From Acutalibacteraceae bacterium (lineage in GTDB: Bacteria > Bacillota > Clostridia > Oscillospirales > Acutalibacteraceae): 64,000 nucleotides of DNA. The stretch is from positions 1,910 to 65,909 of the forward strand of contig JAZSAM010000040.1 of NCBI GenBank assembly GCA_045601905.1, read 5' to 3'. The notes under the pieces were generated by a model. It did not search any database, had not been told where the DNA came from, and was given only the letters and a program-made list of their open reading frames with translations. Below are positions 28,237-34,867 of this stretch, one piece after another (positions within the stretch are counted from its first letter, which is position 1; the number at the start of each line of letters is the position of its first letter). The position numbers and the translations under genes were made by a program.

Positions 28237-28511
28237 AGGTTGGCGAGCATAAATCCGAACTCGCCTAAAAGTGTGACTTTTTGAGCCTTTTCGGCGTTTC
28301 GGACTTGAAAGGCGACAGCCTGTCGGCATCCTCAACATCCAAAAAGCCTTACAAAAATTCGCACTTTTGGGTCTGATGATTTTTTACAGAGCGAATTTTT
28401 GTCAAGACAAGGCACAAAACGCAGTAAATCCTTTCGGATTTGCGAGTATTTTAACAAGGGATTGACGAAAATCCGCCTGTAAAAACGGGTTCGGATTATA
28501 CTCGTCAACCT
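28237..28511 (+). mobile_element. MITE-like element A, copy 1 (275 bp, ~24-bp terminal inverted repeats)
   Basis: Left end is AGGTTGGCGAGCATAAATCCGAAC and right end is GTTCGGATTATACTCGTCAACCT. Near-identical to 28789-29064 and to the reverse complement of 30649-30924. No ORF. Confidence 0.6.
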
Positions 28512-28513
28512 AA

Positions 28514-28786
28514 GGTGACAGTATTCGAACCAAATAAGGTTTAATTGGGCATATTTTCACCGTAACAGCGTTAAAAAGCCTTGAAAGGCGCGAGTCTTCC
28601 TGCGGTTTTTGCCTTGTTACGATAAAAATCTTCTCCCATTAAACTTCGAAGGATCTTAAATGTTCAGGTTGTAGTGCATTTGAGATTTTCTTCGACGAAG
28701 TAATACTCGCGTATTGCGAGGAGAAAAAATTTCAAAGGTGCTGCAAATCGTACATTTAAGACTCATTTGGTTCGATTGCTGTCACC
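28514..28786 (+). repeat. element B (273 bp, 22-bp terminal inverted repeats) nested between A1 and A2
   Basis: Ends are GGTGACAGTATTCGAACCAAAT and ATTTGGTTCGATTGCTGTCACC, matching at 20 of 22 positions. Single copy in this window. Confidence 0.5.
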
Positions 28787-28788
28787 TT

Positions 28789-29064
28789 AGGTTGACGAGC
28801 ATAAATCCGAACTCGCCTAAAAGTGTGAATTTTTGAGCCTTTTCGACGTTTCGGACTTGAAAGGCGGCAGCCTGTCGGCATCCTCAACATCCAAAAAGCC
28901 TTACAAAAATTCGCACTTTTGGGTCTGTTGATTTTTTACAGAGCGAATTTTTGTCAAGACAAGGCACAAAACGCAGTAAATCCTTTCGGATTTGCGAGTA
29001 TTTTAACAAAGGATTGACGAAAATCCGCCTGTAAAAAACGGGTTCGGATTATACTCGTCAACCT
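28789..29064 (+). mobile_element. MITE-like element A, copy 2
   Basis: Differs from A1 at roughly 7 positions by eye. Confidence 0.6.
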
Positions 29065-29190
29065 ATGCGTCTTTATTCAGTTTTAAATTATAACACAAGC
29101 AAAAAATTAAGTCCACAATTTGACGCTTTTTAATAAAAAATCAGTAAATTAACCATATAAAATTCACTCCTTTTGGTCAAAACGACAAAA

Positions 29191-29481
29191 GGGGATGTAA
29201 AAAAAACTCGTTTTTTTACATCTCCTTTTTAGGGGCTGGGAAAAAATGCGCAGAATGAACAAACCGAGCCAAAATAAAGCGTTCAGCTTTATTTTGGCTT
29301 GCCCGACGGCGTACAAAGGTACTTAAGAGGGCGAGGTTTGTTTATAGCATAAAAGGCAAAAACCTTGTTTTTGCCTGCTTTTGCTGATTTTTACAGTTTT
29401 AAAGGGTTTCTTTGGTAGTTCAATACCGAAAGAAACCCTTTAGTTATCTTGTTTTATGCGGTCTGCACTTTTATTACAGCC
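29191..29481 (+). repeat. repeat family C copy 3
   Basis: Same architecture as copies 1 and 2. The internal pseudo-ORF is broken by a small insertion that creates a TAA stop. Confidence 0.85.
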
Positions 29482-29553
29482 ACTTTTGATATTCCGTCAG
29501 TCATAAGGGTTATCACTATAGCCCTTCAACTGTACCGAAGTGTACGAATTAAA

Positions 29554-30006
29554 TTAATCGTTGTCTACCTGAATGATTTCAACGTCTACAATGTAATCAG
29601 CAGCGTTTTCAGCAGTGATAAGAACACCGTTTACTGTAACATTCTTGAGCATTGCTCTGCTGCCTATTGTATCGCAGTTGTTAACAATAAGCTTACCGCC
29701 TTCGGGAAGAGTGATGTCAGCATTAACAATCATAATAACATTGTTTTCTTCAAGAACAACTAACTCTTCAACAGTTGCAGTAATGTCTCCGATATAAATC
29801 GGTCCGCCGATATTCTGCTGAACGAAAAGCATGCTTTCTGCTTCTACTACAAGATTCTCATAGCTGTAGGTTGCATAACGATCTGCATCCTTACCGATAA
29901 CGATGGTTTCTGTTACATCAGGCTTAACCTCAGGCTCTGTGGGCTCTGTTGAAGGCTCTGAGGGCTGAGTAACAACTTCGCCGTCACCGTAGGTAGCATT
30001 AGCATC
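29554..30006 (-). other. 150-codon open extension in frame with, and directly after, the TAA of the TasA-like gene 30007-30573
   Basis: There is no stop and no ATG/GTG/TTG for the first 58 codons after the TAA. It encodes a Pro/Glu/Thr linker plus a domain homologous to the C-terminus of 30946-31539 (MLF..TLP..GK.I..NVTVNG..IT.EN). Confidence 0.6.
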
Positions 30007-30573
30007 TTACTGATTGTCATAGCCGTCATATTCGTAAGAAAGCTGTGCAGCCTTTACAGTGATTGAAATGCCTTCGATAGTCTTGTTCTGATATTCGTTG
30101 TCTGCTTCTTCGTCCATGTGAGCAACGATTACAAGCTTTTCGCTTTCTTCAGGAAGAAGAGTGCCTTCGAAATCAGCAACATCGATTTCTTCACCGGCAA
30201 CTGATACCTTGAAGGTGATAACATCAAGAAGTTTTACGTCGCCGTCGATTCCGTTAACAATAACCTTATACTTAAGAGCAAGGTTGCCGTTGTTCTTGAT
30301 GTAAGCATCAGCTGTTTCATAAGTACAACCGGGCTCCCAAAGAACTTCATCGTTGCCTTCTGCCTTTACCCATTCAAGTGATTCGCCTTCAAGATCGTTG
30401 TCTTCTGCGTCTTCAAGAGCAACATCAAGAATACCTGACTGGATTGTGTTTCCCTTTGTGTTTGCTTCGTCTGTGAACCATGCAAATGTTGTGCCGATAA
30501 ACATTACTGCACAAAGGAAAATGGAAATAATGCTTGAAACAAGTGCATACTTCGTTGTTTTTGTGTTTCTCAT
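30007..30573 (-). CDS. TasA/camelysin-like protein with SipW-cognate signal peptide
   Basis: N-terminus ..IGTTFAWFTDEANT..., then WEPGCTYETADAYIKNNGNLALKYKV, a TasA-like beta-sandwich signature. RBS aaggagg. Confidence 0.8.
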   Translation of the reverse strand: MRNTKTTKYALVSSIISIFLCAVMFIGTTFAWFTDEANTKGNTIQSGILDVALEDAEDNDLEGESLEWVKAEGNDEVLWEPGCTYETADAYIKNNGNLALKYKVIVNGIDGDVKLLDVITFKVSVAGEEIDVADFEGTLLPEESEKLVIVAHMDEEADNEYQNKTIEGISITVKAAQLSYEYDGYDNQ

Positions 30574-30648
30574 TAGAATTACCTCCTTTTTTATTTTTGT
30601 TAAGAGAAACTTATATATCGAGCGACCTTACCGTCGCTTGGATATCTT

Positions 30649-30924
30649 AGGTTGGCAAGTATAATCCGAACCCGTTTTTGGCAGGCGGATTTTCGCCAAT
30701 CCTTTGTTAAAATACTCGTAAACCCGAAAGGATTTACTGCGTTTTGTGCCTTGTCTTGACAAAAATTCGCTCTGCAAAAAAACATCAGACCCAAAAGTGC
30801 GAATTTTTGTAAGGCTTTTTGGATGTTGAGGATGCCGACAGGCTGCCGCCTTTCAAGTCCGAAACGCCGAAAAGGCTCAAAAAGTCACACTTTTAGGCGA
30901 GTTCAGATTTATGCTCGTCAATCT
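30649..30924 (-). mobile_element. MITE-like element A, copy 3 (inverted relative to A1/A2), inside the operon
   Basis: Its reverse complement aligns end to end with A1 and A2, with scattered substitutions. It lies between the stop of 30946-31539 and the start of 30007-30573. Confidence 0.6.
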
Positions 30925-30945
30925 AACCCTTATTTGCCCGATCGA

Positions 30946-31539
30946 TCACATAAAAATTACTTTTTTTATGCCGGTTAAATACTGTGAATAGTTTTCTTTG
31001 GTAATTTTTTCTCCGTTTACGGTGACATTAAATAAAACAACCTGAATGTCAGAATCACCGTTTATACTGATAATTTTACCGTCTGCCGGAAGAGTAAAAT
31101 CACAATTACTGAATGAAATAATTTCGGCTGAAGCATCATCTTCAATTACAATAACATCATCAACATCAGCCGAAATACCTGTAAGAAAAAGCATATTTAT
31201 TTCAGCTTTTAAACTGGCAACAGCCCTTGCTTCAACTGTCTCACCTTCAATGAAAACATCACTGTCAGAATCGTATTTATCGCCCTCTATGACTATAAAG
31301 AAGACTTCACTCTCTTCAGCCGGAGTTTTTGTCGTCGGTTCAGTTATAGTTTCCTTTTCAGTAGTGGGTTCTTCGGTTGCGGGTTCTTTTCTGAACTCAC
31401 CTGCACTGATATCCTCAACATTCACCTTTGCCCCGTCTGTATACCAGGCAAAGGTTGTCCCAATAAGCATCACGGAACACAGTACTATTGAAATAATACT
31501 GCTTATGAACGCCTGGGTTGTTAATTTGTATTTTCTCAA
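30946..31539 (-). CDS. secreted protein: SipW-type signal peptide, Thr/Glu/Pro linker and a C-terminal domain shared with 29554-30006
   Basis: TTG start after ggaggg. N-terminus is IGTTFAWYTDGAKV. There is no TasA core between the signal peptide and the linker. Confidence 0.7.
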   Translation of the reverse strand: MRKYKLTTQAFISSIISIVLCSVMLIGTTFAWYTDGAKVNVEDISAGEFRKEPATEEPTTEKETITEPTTKTPAEESEVFFIVIEGDKYDSDSDVFIEGETVEARAVASLKAEINMLFLTGISADVDDVIVIEDDASAEIISFSNCDFTLPADGKIISINGDSDIQVVLFNVTVNGEKITKENYSQYLTGIKKVIFM

Positions 31540-31604
31540 GTCCTTTCCCTCCGTTTCATTTTCTGAGAGAATCTGTATTTTTTGTTCATTCCTTGATTTT
31601 ACAA

Positions 31605-32351
31605 TCAGACCTCTGCTGTTGCCTCGGCCTCTTCGGGATTTTCGATAACTTCCTCGACTTCATCCGTAAAATCGTCCGTAAAGAGCTTTTCACCTAATTG
31701 CTTTTTAAGAGCCATAAGCTCTTCCATCATTTTCTCGCTCTTTTCGCGCTCCTTCTGAAGCTCTGCCTTCTGAACTTCAAGCTCCTTAAGCTGCTCATCC
31801 TTGTACTTTCTGAAAAGTCTGACACAACTGATGCCCTGTGAAAGAATGAGGATAAAGAAGGGAAGGAATATACACATTATATAACCGGGAACGGTTTTAA
31901 TATAATTGAAGAATGTACCGACCTTCGGAATGCTGAACTCATACTTACCTACAATGTACGGATAGGTTACTACCTTTTCATCGTCGGTATCAGTCGTTGT
32001 ACCGTAGGTGATGAAGCCGGGATTTCCGTGCTCATCCTTTGCAGGCTTTCTGATTTTATGAGTAATTGTTTCACCGTAATTCTCAAAGCTTTGTGACATA
32101 TAGGAAATTATGTCACCGGCTTTAAGCTCTGAGTAATCCTTAACCTCTTTTACGAAAATGAGGTCACCTGCACCAAAATCCGTCTTGCTCATTGAATCGG
32201 AAAGGACAATGAATGCCTTGTAGCCGAAAAGAGAACGGTCATTGCGATTGAAGGTGTTGACGGAAATGATTGTAAAAATCATCATTCCCACGGCGATGCA
32301 CACAACAAGAGCCACAAAAACTCTTCTGATAATATCAAATGCTTTTTTCAT
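31605..32351 (-). CDS. sipW: signal peptidase I, SipW (ER/archaeal) type, with a ~68-aa charged coiled-coil tail
   Basis: N-terminal TM segment, SDSMS catalytic-Ser box, ITHKI His box, second TM segment, then KDEQLKELEVQKAELQKEREKSEKMMEEL... Confidence 0.85.
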   Translation of the reverse strand: MKKAFDIIRRVFVALVVCIAVGMMIFTIISVNTFNRNDRSLFGYKAFIVLSDSMSKTDFGAGDLIFVKEVKDYSELKAGDIISYMSQSFENYGETITHKIRKPAKDEHGNPGFITYGTTTDTDDEKVVTYPYIVGKYEFSIPKVGTFFNYIKTVPGYIMCIFLPFFILILSQGISCVRLFRKYKDEQLKELEVQKAELQKEREKSEKMMEELMALKKQLGEKLFTDDFTDEVEEVIENPEEAEATAEV

Positions 32352-32353
32352 AA

Positions 32354-32896
32354 TCAGTCAAAAACCTTCTCTGTATTATTTCTTGTCTGAACTGACTTTG
32401 CGTAGAAGATGAAGGAAAGACCCTTTGACTGAAAATCATTACCTGAATCCTCGGGGAAGTGGAAAATAATTTTCAGGTCGCGCCTTTCGCCAAGGGCAAG
32501 TACATCATCCACGGCTTCTTTTTCCTCGGTAAGCTCGTTTATCTTACCTGAAAGAAGAACCTTTTCCCCGTCCTTGATTGTTATTTCAAGAGCATCGGCA
32601 AGCTCGCCTGAAACCTCCTTGAAATATAACTTGTAATAAATTTCATCGCTTCCTGTGTTTTCAACGAAGAAATCCTTTTCAACGGTCATACCGGGCTCAA
32701 AAAGGAATTCGTCAGACTCAATCACGGGCTCTCCGTCATTGAGATTGATGCCTACGCCGCCTGTCCGGAAGGTGTTTCCGCCTACGGTTACCGAAAGGAA
32801 AAGAACTGCAAAGGTTGTTATGCAAAGACAGCCTATAAGTCCGATAATCAGCATTATACCTGCGGAAAGCTTTCTTGATGTCTTATCAGCAGCCAT
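32354..32896 (-). CDS. TasA/camelysin-like secreted protein
   Basis: Start taken as MAADKTSRK at 32896. FEPGMTVEKDFFVENTGSDEIYYKLYF is the TasA-like core. Confidence 0.75.
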   Translation of the reverse strand: MAADKTSRKLSAGIMLIIGLIGCLCITTFAVLFLSVTVGGNTFRTGGVGINLNDGEPVIESDEFLFEPGMTVEKDFFVENTGSDEIYYKLYFKEVSGELADALEITIKDGEKVLLSGKINELTEEKEAVDDVLALGERRDLKIIFHFPEDSGNDFQSKGLSFIFYAKSVQTRNNTEKVFD

Positions 32897-33752
32897 GAGC
32901 CTCCTCCCTTCTCTTTCTGAGTGAAAGAACAAATACTGTGGAAGAAACCGCAAGAACTGCAATTATTATTCCTATCTGTGTTGAATCGCCCGTATCCGGC
33001 GGGTCAATAAGCTCACCCGGCGGAGGGTTCTTTCTTGTTGTCGATTCGGTTGTTGTCTCAGCTGTCGGTTCGGTTGTCGGCTCAGAGGTTGCCTCTGTCT
33101 CTGATTCACTGACTGTCTCACTTGTGGACTCGGTTTCAGACTCACTTGTGGATTCAGTTGTGGATTCAGTTGTGGATTCAGTAGTTGATTCGGTAGTTGA
33201 TTCGGTAGTAGACTCTGTTGTTGTCTCCTCTTCCTCTTCAACCCACCATTTGAAATCGCAGATGAGCTCCTTGTACTGATACTCGTTACCGACGCTTGTA
33301 TCAAGGTATACTATAATATCGTATACAAGAGTCTGTGTTGTCTTTTCCTCACTGGAAATTTCCGTGTCAACACACTCCGGCATATCCTTCATAAGTCCGT
33401 CATAAAGAGGCTCCTCGCTACCGTCAAGGATCAGCTTACATTTAAGAACCTCTGCGAGCTTTTCATAGCCGGGGTAAATAACTGTTGAAAAATGAACGGT
33501 AAGGGTTCCGACAAAGGAAACATCCAGCTTATATGTTCCCTTTACTTCGTCTCCGGGGAACATATTTACTGCATTGAAACGGAATTTCTCAATGGGATTG
33601 TTTTTATAAAGCGCAAGTGAAACCTCTCCTGACTGAGCCGTGAGTCTGTTGCCGTATGCAGCCGATGCCGTACCTGTACAAAAAGCAAGCATACTGAAAA
33701 CGAAAAACACAGCAATCATAAGGGAAAGCTTTTTAATGCTTCTTTGCTTCAT
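32886..33752 (-). CDS. secreted TasA-like-fold protein with a (TEST)n linker and an LPXTG-like cell-wall sorting signal
   Basis: Sec signal peptide ...CTGTASAAY. MFPGDEVKGTYKLDV core. TESTTESTTEST repeats. C-terminus PPDTGD plus IGIIIAVLAVSSTVFVL plus RKRREE. ATG at 33752 follows aggagg. Confidence 0.8.
   Translation of the reverse strand: MKQRSIKKLSLMIAVFFVFSMLAFCTGTASAAYGNRLTAQSGEVSLALYKNNPIEKFRFNAVNMFPGDEVKGTYKLDVSFVGTLTVHFSTVIYPGYEKLAEVLKCKLILDGSEEPLYDGLMKDMPECVDTEISSEEKTTQTLVYDIIVYLDTSVGNEYQYKELICDFKWWVEEEEETTTESTTESTTESTTESTTESTTESTSESETESTSETVSESETEATSEPTTEPTAETTTESTTRKNPPPGELIDPPDTGDSTQIGIIIAVLAVSSTVFVLSLRKRREEAHGC
33147..33216 (-). repeat. 12-nt tandem repeat (about 6 units) encoding (TEST)n
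   Basis: The plus strand reads tgtggattcagt / tgtggattcagt / ... / agttgattcggt. Confidence 0.8.
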
Positions 33753-33841
33753 TGTCAATCTCCACCTCCTGGTTATATTATCATTCTGGTATTGAGAAAG
33801 GTGTAGGAATATGCACGGATATCCGACTTATAAGTTGTATA

Positions 33842-33870
33842 ATTATACACCAGCACCCATCCGATTTCAA
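33842..33870 (-). promoter_or_regulatory. sigma-A-like promoter of the TasA/SipW operon
   Basis: The minus strand reads TTGAAA, 17-nt spacer, TATAAT, about 90 nt upstream of the first ATG. Confidence 0.6.
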
Positions 33871-33951
33871 GTGTTAAAGTTTTATTTGTATATATTGACA
33901 ATTTTATCTGTCATTTTTTTAACATAGATTAATCCTTCAAATTCTCAGACC

Positions 33952-33990
33952 AAAAAAAGGGGCTGTCGCCTTAAGCGACAGCCTCTATTT
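33952..33990. terminator. rho-independent terminator (serves the 38-codon ORF on the minus strand)
   Basis: GGCTGTCGC-cttaa-GCGACAGCC, flanked by an A7 run on the plus strand, which is a T7 run on the minus strand. Confidence 0.75.
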
Positions 33991-34026
33991 TAAAATTTCA
34001 AATTTTAAAACAGTGAATAAATAAAA

Positions 34027-34143
34027 TTATTCAGCTTCGTTTTCGAGAACCCAATTCTTGAATGCGAAATAGATCTTATCGAAAAGCTCTACGATGTCTG
34101 CCCAGTACTCCTTAAGGAAATCAAAAAATACGTTGTCACCCAT
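34027..34143 (-). CDS. 38-aa small protein, amphipathic and aromatic-rich
   Basis: MGDNVFFDFLKEYWADIVELFDKIYFAFKNWVLENEAE. RBS aaaggaga lies 7 nt upstream. A terminator follows about 40 nt downstream. It is below the 60-aa cut-off of the ORF track. Confidence 0.6.
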   Translation of the reverse strand: MGDNVFFDFLKEYWADIVELFDKIYFAFKNWVLENEAE

Positions 34144-34304
34144 TGTAGTTATCTCCTTTCATAATATTTGATAAATCAGGAGTCTCCCCCTCATTTTCAC
34201 ATAAATTATATAACGGGATTTAAATTTTGTCAATATTTAATTAAAAAAAAGTTCACGAATTGCGTAAAAAAATTTTTTTGAAAAATATTTTTACATTTTT
34301 TGCC

Positions 34305-34333
34305 GTTTTGTTGCAGAAAACCTGCAACAAAAC
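34305..34333 (+). promoter_or_regulatory. 12-bp perfect hairpin immediately upstream of terS
   Basis: GTTTTGTTGCAG-aaaac-CTGCAACAAAAC followed by acgTTTT. Could be a terminator or antitermination site, or part of a pac region. Confidence 0.3.
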
Positions 34334-34351
34334 ACGTTTTCCGGACTACTT

Positions 34352-34867
34352 ATGAGAGAACTTTTTCTCTCAGAAAGGAGAATTACCATCAAAAACGAAA
34401 TTACAAGCAAAGAAAAACTCTTTTGCACCTATTACAGTCTCAACTGTAATGCAAGAGAAGCTGCAGCAAAATCCGGTTACATTTTCCCGGAAAAAAGTGC
34501 ACTCAGACTACTGAAAAGAAAGGAGATACGAGCCTTCATTGATGAGCTTGACAAGCAGCGAAGGAGCAACAGAAAGGATATAGCCCGTGGCTATGAAAGA
34601 CTCGCCTTCGGCTGTGTCAGCGATGCAATAAGGCTGATGTTTGCAGATAATGTGAATGCAGACGAGCTTGACCGGATGGATCTTTTCAACATTTCCGAAA
34701 TCAAAAGAAAAAAAGGCGGTGACATCGAAATCAAATTCTTTGACCGCATAAAGGCTCTTGAAAAGCTTCATCTTATGAGCGACGAAAAAGACTGTCTTAC
34801 GGGTAAGTCACTTTACTCGGCAATTGCTTATTCAGCAGCAGCACTGAAGGAGGATGAGCTTGGGTAA
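34352..34867 (+). CDS. phage terminase small subunit
   Basis: KEKLFCTYYSLNCNAREAAAKSGY is the HTH typical of the Terminase_2 family. Lies directly upstream of terL. The start codon is uncertain. Confidence 0.75.
   Translation: MRELFLSERRITIKNEITSKEKLFCTYYSLNCNAREAAAKSGYIFPEKSALRLLKRKEIRAFIDELDKQRRSNRKDIARGYERLAFGCVSDAIRLMFADNVNADELDRMDLFNISEIKRKKGGDIEIKFFDRIKALEKLHLMSDEKDCLTGKSLYSAIAYSAAALKEDELG

Noticed and set aside
28760-28790. tRNA-like GGTTCGA T-loop motif at the ends of element B (and GGTTCGGAT in element A)
   Set aside because: No acceptor stem, D arm or anticodon arm can be built around it. The motif is simply part of the terminal inverted repeat.
28237-29064. Possible CRISPR array, because of repeated units with intervening sequence
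   Set aside because: The units are ~275 bp rather than 25-40 bp, have their own terminal inverted repeats, number only two direct copies plus one inverted copy, and have no cas genes nearby.
30600-30794. 64-aa ORF on the minus strand within element A3
   Set aside because: It lies wholly inside a repeat whose other copies do not keep the frame. It has no RBS.
32938-33304. Plus-strand ORF 32938-33279 (VVDSVVDS...) and the alternative minus-frame ORF 32972-33304
   Set aside because: Both are artefacts of the 12-nt tandem repeat, which stays open in several frames. The real gene is 32886-33752 (-), which has a signal peptide, RBS and sorting signal.
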